Positions 54,326-63,620 are shown, counted from the stretch's first letter. The stretch is 64,000 nucleotides of DNA from Candidatus Nomurabacteria bacterium (GCA_943356775.1 CALRFU010000002.1:48524-112523); one strand, 5' to 3'. The notes: generated from the letters alone by a model not told the origin. A program made the numbers and translations.

Positions 54326-55351
54326 TTAGAGGTTAAAAAACGGACTAATGATCCCCGCCGTAGCGAGCGCGTTTGTGAGATTGAGGAGAGCCAACACAAT
54401 AACGATGATACCTGCCGTCTTGAAAAAGATTCCCTTCCACGGTTTGTGCGCGATATTGAGTGAGCCGAACGAGAGAAGCGCGAGTACGGGGAAAGTGCCG
54501 AGCGCAAAGACAAACATCGTCATGGCACCCTGCATGAAGCTTCCCGTCGAGAGCGCGTAGAGCTGCATAGATTGGGTAAATCCGCACGGGAGAAAGAACG
54601 TGCCGATGCCGACGAGGACCGGCGCCAGATAGTGGTCATACCTGCTCCCGCGCACGACGTGCCGCGAAGCCCACGCGGGCATCGTGAGTTGAAGTCGCTT
54701 TGTGAAATGAAATACATCGAGCAGATTCACACCGAGAATGAACATCACGAGCGCGACGACTATGCCGAGTACCACATTGGCGGTAAGCCCGAGATGGAAG
54801 GAGCTCCCAATCATCCCAATAACGCCACCGAGTACGAAGAAACCACCGAGTCTGCCCACGTGGAAGAGTGTCTGCGTCCGCCACGTGCCGCCTTCTTTTG
54901 CAGAACTTGCAGAGAGTGACAGGACAAGCCCGCCGACGATTGCAAGACATGAGGAAACAGACGCGATGAGTCCGATGACGAACGCCGTCCCGTAACTCAC
55001 GTTTGAGCTCGTGATGAGATTAGTCAGCCCCGCTTTTTGCAGTGCGACAAACCCGGCGATAAACACGAGGGCAATGGGCAATGCGTATACAAAATCTCCC
55101 CACCCCGCACGTATCTCCGTTTTCTCTACCGAAATCGTGTAGCCGTGGCTTTTGACCAGCTTTGTAAGATTTTCTGCGATTGTCTCGGGCGAGTCCGTAA
55201 AATCTCCCGTCACACTCACCTGATGATTCCCGAGCGACGCTTTCACGTCAGTGACGTCCGGCAACTCGTTGAATGTTTCCTCGATAAGAAGCGTACATGC
55301 GGCACAGTGCATACCGGACACATGAAATACGTACGTTGTTTTGTTGCTCAT
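54326..55351 (-). CDS. heavy-metal-associated (HMA) domain fused to a polytopic membrane domain (CcdA/DsbD_2- or TauE-like) with two conserved Cys
   Basis: N-terminal [13 protein letters not shown] (MxCxxC), then about 8 TM helices with [10 protein letters not shown] and [10 protein letters not shown] motifs. Overlaps the copA stop by 4 nt. Confidence 0.6.
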   Translation of the reverse strand: MSNKTTYVFHVSGMHCAACTLLIEETFNELPDVTDVKASLGNHQVSVTGDFTDSPETIAENLTKLVKSHGYTISVEKTEIRAGWGDFVYALPIALVFIAGFVALQKAGLTNLITSSNVSYGTAFVIGLIASVSSCLAIVGGLVLSLSASSAKEGGTWRTQTLFHVGRLGGFFVLGGVIGMIGSSFHLGLTANVVLGIVVALVMFILGVNLLDVFHFTKRLQLTMPAWASRHVVRGSRYDHYLAPVLVGIGTFFLPCGFTQSMQLYALSTGSFMQGAMTMFVFALGTFPVLALLSFGSLNIAHKPWKGIFFKTAGIIVIVLALLNLTNALATAGIISPFFNL

Positions 55352-57663
55352 ATTCTTTTTGATTTAAGCCGGAGCGAGTTTCCCACGACTGAGACGCTCG
55401 AGAATGCCATGGCGAATCCCGCAAACACGGGGCTCAAAAGCCAGCCAAAGAGCGGGTAGAATAATCCGCCGGCAAGCGGGATGCCTATGATGTTGTAGAA
55501 GAACGCCCAAAAGAGATTCTGTTTGATGCCGCGCATCGTCATTTTCGACAATCGTACCGCCATCACCAACTTTGAGATATCGCCATGAAGCAGCGTGATG
55601 CCGGCGGATTCAATAGCCACATCGGTCCCCGTTGCCATCGCGATTCCGATGTCCGCCTGTGCGAGTGCGGGTGCGTCGTTCACCCCATCTCCCGCCATCG
55701 CGACGATATTCCCTTGTTTCTGGAGTTCTTGTATCTTGTTCAACTTGTCCTCCGGCAATACTTCCGCAATCACCTCATCAATACCTACCGAGTCTGCAAT
55801 GAACCGGGCCGTATTTTTGTCATCACCGGTTAACATCACGACTTTTATTCCAAGCGCGTGCAAATCTCTCACCGCAGTAGCGGCCTCGGGCTTGACCTGA
55901 TCAGCCACCATGACCACGGCGAGTGTTTTCCCGTCTTGCGCAAGAATAACGGGTGTTTTCCCTTCAGACGTTTCTTTTTCAAATGACGCAAAAGACGCGC
56001 CGAGTTCGCCCGCAAGCTTTGCACTTCCCACATGATATGCGACGCCGCCTACGGTACCGGCAAGCCCCTTGCCTTTTATCATCTCAAATTGTTCGACGGG
56101 CAGGAGTGTAATATCTTTCTCTTTCGCGTACGAGACAACGGCGTGCGCAATCGGGTGCTCCGATTTATTTTCGAGCGACGCAAGAATCGCGATGACATCG
56201 GCATCGCTCTTGGTGGATAGATTCTTGACGGATACAAGCTCGGGCTTGCCCTTGGTTATCGTACCCGTCTTATCAACAACAATGACGTTCACTTTGTGCA
56301 ATTTCTCCAGCGTCGCCGCGTCTTTGATTAGAATGCCTTCTTTGGCTCCCTTGCCTACACCCACAATAATCGCCGTCGGCGTCGCGAGACCAAGCGCACA
56401 TGGGCACGCAATCACGAGGATGCCGACGAATGATGTGAGTCCGTACGCGAGCGCCTGCGCGAAACCTAGGTATTGCGAGCCGACCACAAGCCAAGTACCG
56501 AGCGCGAGGAACGCGATGACAAGCACGATGGGGACGAAGACGGACGAGATTTTGTCGGCGAGCGCCTGGATTGGAGCGCGACTTCCCTGTGCGTCTTCTA
56601 CCATTTTGACAATGCGTGCGAGCATCGTTTCGGAGCCGACCTTCGTCGCTTTGAATGTGAACGCCCCGCCTGTATTGAGCGTCCCCCCGACCACCGTATC
56701 CCCCACCGACTTTTTTACCGGCATCGGCTCTCCCGTAATCATTGACTCATCAACATACGATGAACCTTCGACAAGCACGCCGTCAACGGAGATTTTTCCT
56801 GCGGGCTTGATGATGATTAAATCACCCTGTACAACATCAGCGATTGGCACCTCTATTTCTTTGCCATCGCGCACGATGAGTGCCGTTTTCGCCTGGAGAT
56901 TCAAAAGCTTCTCTATGGCATCGCCCGTTTTTACCTTCGCCTGCGCTTCGAGATATTTCCCGAGCGTGATAAACATAATGACGATGATGGTGACATCGAA
57001 ATACGTGCTGCCCACATTGATGAACGGCCTCAGGGCATCTTCAAATGAAATAACGGCCACGCTGTATATAAATGCCGCGAGCGTACCCATCCCGATGAGC
57101 GTGTCCATGTTGGCTGCTCCGTATCGGAGAAAACGGTAGAAGCCGAGCAGGTAGGGCTTGCCGACGACGAAGAGCATATAGGTCGCCATCAAAGGAAGGA
57201 GATGGTGAAAAAATTCCTTCCATATGAAAGGAATGGCTGGGAGAATGCCGAACTGAGCAAAAATTTCCCACCCCATCACGAACACGCTGAAAATAGCCAG
57301 GGGAACGGCTGATACCACTTTTGCACGCATATCTGCGATTTCCGCGAGCTTCTCGGTCTTTGACTGATTGAGACCTAGATGCCCCGCGTGTTCGCTCTCC
57401 GACATCCCCACCCGCCCTGAGCTTGTCGAATGGGTAGACGCGGCGGTGGGTGCCGGTGCTGCAAATGAATATCCGAGGGGTTGTATCTTTTCCGACAAAT
57501 GCTGATGGCCGGTCTTTGTTTCGTCATACGTCACCCTCGCTGTCTCGGTGCCGTAATTCACCTCGACATTTTGTACGCCATCAACTTTCTTGAGCGTCTT
57601 CTCGATGATACTCGCGCACGACGCGCAATGCATGCCTTTTACTCTGTACGTATCGTGCGCCAT
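55348..57663 (-). CDS. copA: copper-translocating P1B-type ATPase
   Basis: N-terminal HMA (GMHCASCAS), CPC motif ([11 protein letters not shown]), [16 protein letters not shown]. 771 aa. Confidence 0.95.
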   Translation of the reverse strand: MAHDTYRVKGMHCASCASIIEKTLKKVDGVQNVEVNYGTETARVTYDETKTGHQHLSEKIQPLGYSFAAPAPTAASTHSTSSGRVGMSESEHAGHLGLNQSKTEKLAEIADMRAKVVSAVPLAIFSVFVMGWEIFAQFGILPAIPFIWKEFFHHLLPLMATYMLFVVGKPYLLGFYRFLRYGAANMDTLIGMGTLAAFIYSVAVISFEDALRPFINVGSTYFDVTIIVIMFITLGKYLEAQAKVKTGDAIEKLLNLQAKTALIVRDGKEIEVPIADVVQGDLIIIKPAGKISVDGVLVEGSSYVDESMITGEPMPVKKSVGDTVVGGTLNTGGAFTFKATKVGSETMLARIVKMVEDAQGSRAPIQALADKISSVFVPIVLVIAFLALGTWLVVGSQYLGFAQALAYGLTSFVGILVIACPCALGLATPTAIIVGVGKGAKEGILIKDAATLEKLHKVNVIVVDKTGTITKGKPELVSVKNLSTKSDADVIAILASLENKSEHPIAHAVVSYAKEKDITLLPVEQFEMIKGKGLAGTVGGVAYHVGSAKLAGELGASFASFEKETSEGKTPVILAQDGKTLAVVMVADQVKPEAATAVRDLHALGIKVVMLTGDDKNTARFIADSVGIDEVIAEVLPEDKLNKIQELQKQGNIVAMAGDGVNDAPALAQADIGIAMATGTDVAIESAGITLLHGDISKLVMAVRLSKMTMRGIKQNLFWAFFYNIIGIPLAGGLFYPLFGWLLSPVFAGFAMAFSSVSVVGNSLRLKSKRI

Positions 57664-57664
57664 A

Positions 57665-57940
57665 CTACTTTCTCTTGAGCTTGTAGACCTTGAGCACTTC
57701 GCCGACCGCCTTCTTTGCGTTGCCGCTTTGTATCTGCTTCACTACACAGGTCGCAAGGTGGTTCTCCAGTATCATATTCTCCACGTTTGAAAGCCCCTGC
57801 TTTACCGCCGATGTCTGTGTGATGACATCGATGCAGTACGTATCTTTCTCAATCAGGTCTTGAAGCCCCCTCATCTGGCCCTCAAGAATCTTGAGCCGCC
57901 GGACGATTGTTCCCGTATTCGCACCATGCGCATGTGCCAT
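57665..57940 (-). CDS. csoR: CsoR/RcnR-family copper-sensing transcriptional repressor
   Basis: 91 aa from [24 protein letters not shown]...YCIDVITQ..A matches the CsoR metal-site pattern. The start is supported by the operator palindrome immediately upstream. The longer ORF to 58015 would read through the operator. Confidence 0.8.
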   Translation of the reverse strand: MAHAHGANTGTIVRRLKILEGQMRGLQDLIEKDTYCIDVITQTSAVKQGLSNVENMILENHLATCVVKQIQSGNAKKAVGEVLKVYKLKRK

Positions 57941-57948
57941 ATGCTCAC

Positions 57949-57972
57949 AGCGTATACCCCCTAGGGGGTATA
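57949..57972. promoter_or_regulatory. perfect 24-bp palindrome CGTATACCCCCTAGGGGGTATACG, putative CsoR operator overlapping the csoR-copA promoter
   Basis: Read directly from the sequence. The palindrome is flanked by TTGACG (-35-like) and TATACG (-10-like) on the minus strand. The ATG follows 8 nt downstream. It resembles the GC-rich CsoR operators of the TACCC..GGGTA type. Confidence 0.7.
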
Positions 57973-58002
57973 CGTCAAGTGTCCGGGGAGTGGATAAGTC
58001 CG

Positions 58003-58392
58003 CTACTGCAGACAACTTTGTGCCTTGAGAAAATCTTTCGCCGTTGGAGAATCTCCGTTCTTAATCTGAAGCGCCCGCTCCGCGCCAAGTTTCACCTCAA
58101 AGCATGCAATCATCGTTGGGGTAATCGCCGAAGGGAGTGCGGCCGGGTCTATACCCATTGCCTCAAGGGCCCTCTCTTGAGGTGCGGAAAGCAGAGGGTT
58201 CTTATCGACGGTGCCGCCTGTAGTACCTGCCGCCTCGGAGTAGGACGAGGGAGCATTGGTTAGAAGCGTCCTCATACCGAAGGAATCGCTTACGAACAAA
58301 TAACCGAGAACAATGAGGATTAAAAAGAATATGGCACACCCAGAGAAACGAAGAAGATATTGAGAGATGATTTCATACAAAGACTCTACCAC
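58003..58392 (-). CDS. hypothetical membrane-anchored protein
   Basis: 129 aa with an N-terminal TM. No family recognised. In the copper cluster. Confidence 0.45.
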   Translation of the reverse strand: MVESLYEIISQYLLRFSGCAIFFLILIVLGYLFVSDSFGMRTLLTNAPSSYSEAAGTTGGTVDKNPLLSAPQERALEAMGIDPAALPSAITPTMIACFEVKLGAERALQIKNGDSPTAKDFLKAQSCLQ

Positions 58393-58437
58393 ACTACCCC
58401 GTTTGTGGCGGGGTAGTGTGGTGAGTAGTAGCGATAC

Positions 58438-58821
58438 TTACTGCCCGTACCAGGTCTTGAGCCATCCGCGCATCATCCCTATCTCTTTGGTTTGAGCGGC
58501 GATAATGTCGGTGCCGAGCTTTTGCAGCTCGGGGCGAGTTGTGTTCTTGAGGAGCATTTGCGCCATGCTGACTGCGCCCTCATGATGCACAATCATCTCT
58601 TTGAGGAATGCGCGGTCAAATTCGTCGCCGCTCTTACCCTCGAGTCCGATCGTCATCGCTTTCATTGAGCTCGTCTTGCTCGTCGATTCCCCTTGCATAG
58701 TGGTTCCGTCCCCCATCATATGATTGCCGGCCACTGAAGCGGCATCGCCACCGAACGAGTAACCAATTCCCAACCCGACGACGAGCGTGAGAAATCCGAT
58801 AAGTATTGTATTTCTTTCCAT
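58438..58821 (-). CDS. DUF305 family protein (periplasmic, metal-associated four-helix bundle)
   Basis: FDRAFLKEMIVHHEGAVSMAQ, typical of DUF305. Confidence 0.7.
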   Translation of the reverse strand: MERNTILIGFLTLVVGLGIGYSFGGDAASVAGNHMMGDGTTMQGESTSKTSSMKAMTIGLEGKSGDEFDRAFLKEMIVHHEGAVSMAQMLLKNTTRPELQKLGTDIIAAQTKEIGMMRGWLKTWYGQ

Positions 58822-58860
58822 AATTTCTTTTTTGCTTGTTAATTTTTAATTGCACGACTG

Positions 58861-59301
58861 CTAATCATATCTCAGCTCTATCTTGTCACCGTCGTGCATG
58901 ACGTACTGTTCGTACTCAGTATTTTCTTTTCCGTTTACCGTCATTCGTACGTTGACTCCCAACGAACGCATGTCACGATTCCAGCTCTTGAAGAATTCCC
59001 GCAGTGTCACATCATTCTTCCGCACGACGCCGCCAAATTCGAGATGAACAACGGGCACGTCATCATGCGTGTGTATGGGTAGGTGCGTGGCACCAAGTCC
59101 GATATCTTTTGGAATTTCTATTTTCTCTCCTTTCACATAGATGACGAGCAAGGGATGCCAGTGCAAACCAGCCCGAGAAAGCACGTCTGGATTACTCTCC
59201 TGGAGAGAGCGCGACAGCCACGTACTACCTATCAAGAGAAAGACAACGACACTTCCGACAATAATTACCAAGCGCAGCGGGGTATATGCTCGAAGACTCA
59301 T
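58861..59301 (-). CDS. hypothetical membrane-anchored His-rich protein
   Basis: 146 aa with a TM. HWHPLLVIYVKG...PIHTHDD..VVHLEF motifs suggest metal binding. First gene of the minus-strand copper cluster. Confidence 0.5.
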   Translation of the reverse strand: MSLRAYTPLRLVIIVGSVVVFLLIGSTWLSRSLQESNPDVLSRAGLHWHPLLVIYVKGEKIEIPKDIGLGATHLPIHTHDDVPVVHLEFGGVVRKNDVTLREFFKSWNRDMRSLGVNVRMTVNGKENTEYEQYVMHDGDKIELRYD

Positions 59302-59348
59302 TGATCCACTTTATACCCGCCCGCTTCAAACGCAACACGTAAAGTCCC

Positions 59349-60392
59349 CTAACCCCGCCGCGAGACATCCGCGTATATCGAGAGAAGTGCAAAAAGGAGG
59401 CTCAAAGACAGGGGTCCGAGGAAAATGCCGATAGGTCCGAAAAACATGAGGCCTCCGAGAACCGAGAGAAGCACGAGGAGCGGGTGGAGATGCATCCCAC
59501 TGCCGATGAGCTTCGGAGAAAGAAAGTTGTCGATGAGGCCGACGGCAAGCGTACCCCACGCAAGAAGCCCGAGCGCCTGTGGTGTTGCTCCTGTGAAAAA
59601 GAGGAAAGCGACAGCGGGAATAAAAACAAGAGCTGTCCCGATTCCGGGAATGAGAGCAGCGACCGCCGCGACCGTGCCCCAGAGTATGGCACTCGGCACC
59701 CCGAAGAGGGTGAATCCAATCATCGTGAGCACTCCCTGCACGAGCGCAATCGTGAGATTGCCTTTGATGACAGAATTGACGGCATGTTCAAGCCTGTCGA
59801 AAACACCCTCATCATCCTTGTCGTTTAATGGAGAGAGTTCAATAAGCATTTGCCGGACGCGTTTGCCGTCGCGCAAGAGATAGTAGAGCGCGATAAAGAA
59901 GATAAAGGATGAGAGGAGGAGCGAAGAGATGCTCGAAAAGATATCCCCCGCATGTCCCGTAATCCATTGCAGAGCTTCTCTGGTGTACGTGTCGACATTG
60001 GCAGAAGCGTCACGCGCAAAATCTCCCAGCCCCGGAATCCTGCCACCAAAAGATTCATCGATTCGGAGAAATGCCTGAGAAATGGTGCTGCGCCCGTTGC
60101 CCTGTTCAAGTGAGAAATAGACTTCTTTCGCCTCATTCCCTACAAGCACTGCGACGAGAGAAAGTGGGAGAAGTATGAGTAAGACGCTAACAATCACAGT
60201 GAGCAAAGCGGCAATACTCGGCCAACCGCCGAGCAGCTTGGAAATTCTTCTGTAAAGCCCCTGAAGCACGACGGCAAATACCGCAGCAAGGGCTAATGGC
60301 TTCAAAAATGGCGAGAATATCAGTGCGGTAAGAACTATCGCCACCCCGAGTACAATCATCAAGAAATAGGGACGGAGCTTCTCGCTTTGCAT
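59349..60392 (-). CDS. AI-2E family transporter (UPF0118)
   Basis: Eight TM helices with the AI-2E-type arrangement. Start set to MQSEKLRPYF. Confidence 0.8.
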   Translation of the reverse strand: MQSEKLRPYFLMIVLGVAIVLTALIFSPFLKPLALAAVFAVVLQGLYRRISKLLGGWPSIAALLTVIVSVLLILLPLSLVAVLVGNEAKEVYFSLEQGNGRSTISQAFLRIDESFGGRIPGLGDFARDASANVDTYTREALQWITGHAGDIFSSISSLLLSSFIFFIALYYLLRDGKRVRQMLIELSPLNDKDDEGVFDRLEHAVNSVIKGNLTIALVQGVLTMIGFTLFGVPSAILWGTVAAVAALIPGIGTALVFIPAVAFLFFTGATPQALGLLAWGTLAVGLIDNFLSPKLIGSGMHLHPLLVLLSVLGGLMFFGPIGIFLGPLSLSLLFALLSIYADVSRRG

Positions 60393-60518
60393 ATGGGGAG
60401 AGTATACCCCATGAGAAAAAGGACTCCACCTCACGGCGGTGCAACAAGGATACCGCCTTGTTTGAGGCCTTCATCTTGCCCTCATTATTCAGGGTGTACA
60501 GTCAATCCAAATGAATCC

Positions 60519-60986
60519 GTGAAAAAAATACCGCTCGATGTCCCCGATGTATCGAGCATCACATCCCGCGAAGACAAACTCCGTTTGATGTTGGAATCGG
60601 CAAAGATTCTTTCGATGAAAGTTGATTACGACAAAAAACAGGAGGAGCTCAGAGACAAGCAGTACAATCTCAATATTGAGCGAGAGGAGCATACACGTGG
60701 TGACCACCAGTATCATATCCACGAGGCCACAGTGTGTAATCTCTCGCGGAGGATGGGAAAGATATTCAAAAGTTCTGAACCCGAGGAAAAACGGGTGATT
60801 TTGAATTTTCTCCTTCAGAACGCGACGGCAACGGGGAAAACACCAATCTATACAATGAAAAACCCGTTCGAGGCGATACTCGTGTTAGCTCATCGACCGA
60901 CTGATCTGCGTGGCTTGTACTCCGTTAGAACCTCTTTAATGACCCTTTCGGACTACTCACGGTTCGCAGTAGTGAGGAGTTGGTAA
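60519..60986 (+). CDS. hypothetical protein (about 155 aa from a GTG start), possibly a gene fragment
   Basis: The open frame 60387-60986 overlaps the AI-2E start on the other strand. Plausible starts are GTG 60519 or the later Met at MLESAKILSM. A degenerate Walker-A-like stretch NATATGKT is present. No confident family. Confidence 0.3.
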   Translation: MKKIPLDVPDVSSITSREDKLRLMLESAKILSMKVDYDKKQEELRDKQYNLNIEREEHTRGDHQYHIHEATVCNLSRRMGKIFKSSEPEEKRVILNFLLQNATATGKTPIYTMKNPFEAILVLAHRPTDLRGLYSVRTSLMTLSDYSRFAVVRSW

Positions 60987-61079
60987 GTATGCACCGGCGG
61001 TAAAACTCGCGCCACAGGCGGCCACAGCGAGCCGTGGGGGGTGTGGCAATGACGCCTCTGGGGCTGGTAGAATAGGCCT

Positions 61080-61247
61080 ATGCAAAAGGATCAGCAATCC
61101 GGAAAAGAGTTGTACGAGGAATGGGATAAGCACGATAAGAGCGGCGTGCTGGGCGCAGCGAGACATTTCACCCAATCGTTATCGCCTGAGGAACGGCAAC
61201 GACTATTCGAGTATGACCATCAGCGGCAGAAAGGGGTGGTCGCGTGA
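61080..61247 (+). CDS. small ORF (55 aa) followed by a strong terminator, not in the ORF track
   Basis: MQKDQQSGKELYEEWDKHDKSGVLGAARHFTQSLSPEERQRLFEYDHQRQKGVVA. A terminator lies immediately downstream. Confidence 0.35.
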   Translation: MQKDQQSGKELYEEWDKHDKSGVLGAARHFTQSLSPEERQRLFEYDHQRQKGVVA

Positions 61248-61263
61248 TCACGAAACACACTGA

Positions 61264-61292
61264 GGGCCGCGCGGTGGCGGCCCTCTTTTTTT
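61264..61292 (+). terminator. rho-independent terminator
   Basis: GGGCCGC-GCGGUG-GCGGCCC followed by UCUUUUUUUU. Confidence 0.7.
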
Positions 61293-61357
61293 AAAGATGG
61301 TAGGGTGTCGGGACCGGTCGGGGGTACTGTCCCTATCCACAGCGCTTTCTTGCTTCA

Positions 61358-61385
61358 TTGACTATTCACCCCAAAAGTATATATT
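61358..61385 (+). promoter_or_regulatory. sigma70-like promoter for the NYN-domain gene
   Basis: TTGACT, a 16-nt spacer, then TATATT. GGAG lies 5 nt before the ATG at 61460. Confidence 0.3.
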
Positions 61386-61459
61386 GTACTCATACACGCC
61401 CCAGCCGACCGCAAGGTTCGCTGGGGTTTTTCGTTGCCTATTGCTACAATGCGGAGCAA

Positions 61460-62077
61460 ATGCAAACGATCCTGCTCATAGACGGAGAGAACATTAAGGG
61501 CAAAATCCGGTCCGTCTTCAAGGATGCCAGTAAGGCAAAGCCGGTTTGGCACGAATACGATTTCCGAGGACTTTTGGATAAGGTTCTGGAGGGCATCAAA
61601 ATAGACCGGAAGGTATTTTATTTTGCGCGTATCAAAGAGCACGAGCAGAGTAAAGAGAAATCAAAACAACTCATCGAGGACCAGCGACAGTTCAAGACGC
61701 ATTTGGAGAAGCAGGGCTTCGAGGTGATCTTGAGCGGACGAGTGCGCGGGCAGTTGGAAGACGGGCAGGGCGGTAAAAAGATGCTGGTCTTCAAAGAGAA
61801 GGGCGTGGACGTGAAGATCGCCGTTGATATGGTCAGCTTATCGTGCGACAAGAAGGTCAAAGAGATAATCCTCGGCAGTTCCGACAGCGATCTTCAACCG
61901 GCGATCAAAGAAGTACGGGATCGGCAGGTCAGTTGCGTATATCTTGGGTTTGAAGCGCAACCGAACAAGGGAATGACGTTTACGACGAACAGGACTATTT
62001 TGATACGAAACTCCGAACTATTTGAGTTTGAAAAAATACAGCCAACACTCATTTCGACTGATCCGCCTCGCCATTAG
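61460..62077 (+). CDS. NYN-domain (LabA-like, PIN-like) protein
   Basis: MQTILLIDGENIKGK... and GVDVKIAVDMVSL...IILGSSDSDLQPAIKEV match NYN/LabA acidic-residue motifs. The 3' end overlaps the RT 3' end by 29 nt on the opposite strand. Confidence 0.75.
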   Translation: MQTILLIDGENIKGKIRSVFKDASKAKPVWHEYDFRGLLDKVLEGIKIDRKVFYFARIKEHEQSKEKSKQLIEDQRQFKTHLEKQGFEVILSGRVRGQLEDGQGGKKMLVFKEKGVDVKIAVDMVSLSCDKKVKEIILGSSDSDLQPAIKEVRDRQVSCVYLGFEAQPNKGMTFTTNRTILIRNSELFEFEKIQPTLISTDPPRH

Positions 62078-63083
62078 GTTCCCGCATCCTTTCTACCTCA
62101 TCCTCGACAACCTGTCGCAGCTTTTTGGTATTCCCATGGCTCATCAATCCAAAGTAGGATTGCACCGTTTCTTCCTTACCCTGTCGCGCTTTGATACCGC
62201 GAAACATTCTGTTTTTCGTAGTTGTACGCAAAACTCGATGGTCGAGAAAATGCACCCAGCCCAGAAAATCCACGCCTGACGCAAGGGTGCGCAGAGAAAT
62301 CTTTTGTGGGTGGAGCGTTAGTCGCAACTCGTCCCGTAAAAAATCTCCCATACGCGACAACACCTCTTGTAGCCATTTTCTATCAGTCGAGAGCAACACG
62401 AAATCATCGGCGTAGCGGACGTAATGCTTTACTCGAAGCTGTTGCTTCACAAAATGGTCAAACTCGTTCATATACACATTGACCAAGAGCTGGGAGGTGA
62501 GGTTGCCGAGAGGGAGCCCTACACTTCTTTCGCTTGAGTGGAAGCTCTCGATGATTTGGGATAGAAGCCAGAGAATGTCGTCATTTTGGATATAGCGTCG
62601 CAGTATCTCCATCAAACGGGCGTGGTCTACCGAGGCAAAGAACTTCCGTATGTCGCATTTGAGCACCCAAACCGTGCGCGTGTGATTATGAGATACCTGA
62701 TAGGCAAAGGAGCGAAAGCAATTTACCGCCTTGTGCCCGCCTTTATTTCTTCTGCACGAGTAAGAGTGGGCAATGAAAGTCCTATCAAAAAATGGGTAGA
62801 GCTTGCGGTAGAGCGCGTGATGCAGCAAACGGTCTCTCACGCTCGCCTTATGTATGTTCCGTGGCTTTGGGTCGGAAATGTTGAACGCCTCATACGGAGA
62901 ATGTTTGTATGTTTTGGCAGCAAGGTCTCGATGGAGTGAAAGAATGTGGTACATCAGATTGTGCTCGAACTTTTGGACATCGGTACGGGACCGCTTGCCC
63001 CGCACAAACTCTTTCCATGCCTCAAGCAGATTTTCGACGGAAATGATACTCTCGTAGGTATGAACGAGTTGGATGCGGGCCAT
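62049..63083 (-). CDS. diversity-generating retroelement (DGR) reverse transcriptase
   Basis: RT motifs 1-7 are present (PRNIHKASVRDRLLHHALY, KCDIRKFFASVDHARL, YADD in VRYADDFVLL). Motif 4 reads LPLGNLTSQLLVNVYMNEFD, the DGR-diagnostic GxxxSQ, in place of the group II/retron QGxxxSP. 344 aa with no maturase or endonuclease domains. Start MARIQLVHTY; ATG at 63081-63083 verified. Confidence 0.85.
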   Translation of the reverse strand: MARIQLVHTYESIISVENLLEAWKEFVRGKRSRTDVQKFEHNLMYHILSLHRDLAAKTYKHSPYEAFNISDPKPRNIHKASVRDRLLHHALYRKLYPFFDRTFIAHSYSCRRNKGGHKAVNCFRSFAYQVSHNHTRTVWVLKCDIRKFFASVDHARLMEILRRYIQNDDILWLLSQIIESFHSSERSVGLPLGNLTSQLLVNVYMNEFDHFVKQQLRVKHYVRYADDFVLLSTDRKWLQEVLSRMGDFLRDELRLTLHPQKISLRTLASGVDFLGWVHFLDHRVLRTTTKNRMFRGIKARQGKEETVQSYFGLMSHGNTKKLRQVVEDEVERMREPNGEADQSK

Positions 63084-63096
63084 ATCATTGAAGCGT

Positions 63097-63110
63097 CCCC
63101 CCCCCCCCCC
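63097..63110. repeat. C14 homopolymer (G14 on the RT strand) between the divergent RT and avd starts
   Basis: Read directly. 14 consecutive C lie 14 nt upstream of the RT start codon on the minus strand and 12 nt upstream of the annotated avd TTG on the plus strand. Confidence 0.9.
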
Positions 63111-63121
63111 GACTTCTGCCT

Positions 63122-63478
63122 TTGTTACAGAAGGTAAAAAATGCGTACCTGTTGTGGTACGGCTACTATCAGGCCATTCCGAAAGTCCACAGGCATTCTC
63201 TTGGTCAGCGAGTTGATACATTGTTTGTTGAGATCATGGAAACGATAGCGGCGGCGAGTTTTCTTGTACGGGAAGAAAAACGACCTTACGTGCGTCTCGC
63301 CATCAGAAAAACAGATACCTTGAAAGTGCTTTTGATGCTGCTGTGGGAAACGAAGTCATTGGACAACAAAAAGTATGCCGCACTTTCGGTGAAAGTAGAA
63401 GAAATCGGCAAGATGCTCGGCGGCTGGAATGGACAGCTTACAAAACTCGACCCCGCCAAGAAGCGGGGTGAGAAGTGA
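63122..63478 (+). CDS. avd: Avd-like accessory variability determinant (four-helix-bundle / 23S rRNA-IVS protein family)
   Basis: WYGYYQAIPKVHRH aligns to bAvd YLYPIAQSIPRKHG. KVEEIGKMLGGWNGQLTKL aligns to IAEVGRILGSWIARVNRK. The start is uncertain: TTG at 63122, with about 15 aa missing relative to bAvd. It is on the opposite strand to RT and TR. Confidence 0.75.
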   Translation: MLQKVKNAYLLWYGYYQAIPKVHRHSLGQRVDTLFVEIMETIAAASFLVREEKRPYVRLAIRKTDTLKVLLMLLWETKSLDNKKYAALSVKVEEIGKMLGGWNGQLTKLDPAKKRGEK

Positions 63479-63484
63479 AGCGAG

Positions 63485-63620
63485 TTGCGAAGCGAGCCGC
63501 AGGGTTGTTGTCGTTCCAGTCGTTGTCGAGCCAGTTCCAGTTCACCACCACCTCGCCACCGTTCTCGATGAGGTACGGGACGTTGAGGTTGCCGTCGCGG
63601 TTCTGCACGATTGTACAAAA
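63485..63620 (-). repeat. DGR template repeat (TR), adenines on the minus strand; the 3' end carries an IMH*-like GC-rich element
   Basis: Plus 63485-63538 matches plus 63947-64000 at 45 of 54 positions. Eight of the 9 mismatches are T in this copy on the plus strand (A on the minus strand) against A/G/C in the other copy. On the minus strand the TR reads GTG AAC TGG AAC TGG CTC GAC AAC GAC TGG AAC GAC AAC AAC CCT GCG GCT CGC TTC GCA, rich in AAC codons. The far (5') boundary is not determinable because the VR is cut by the window edge. Confidence 0.65.

Noticed and set aside
63141-63248. ATG at 63141 with a strong GAAGGT RBS as the avd start
   Set aside because: It is in frame 0, not the Avd frame, and terminates after 35 codons. 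There is no homopolymer downstream that could shift it into the Avd frame.
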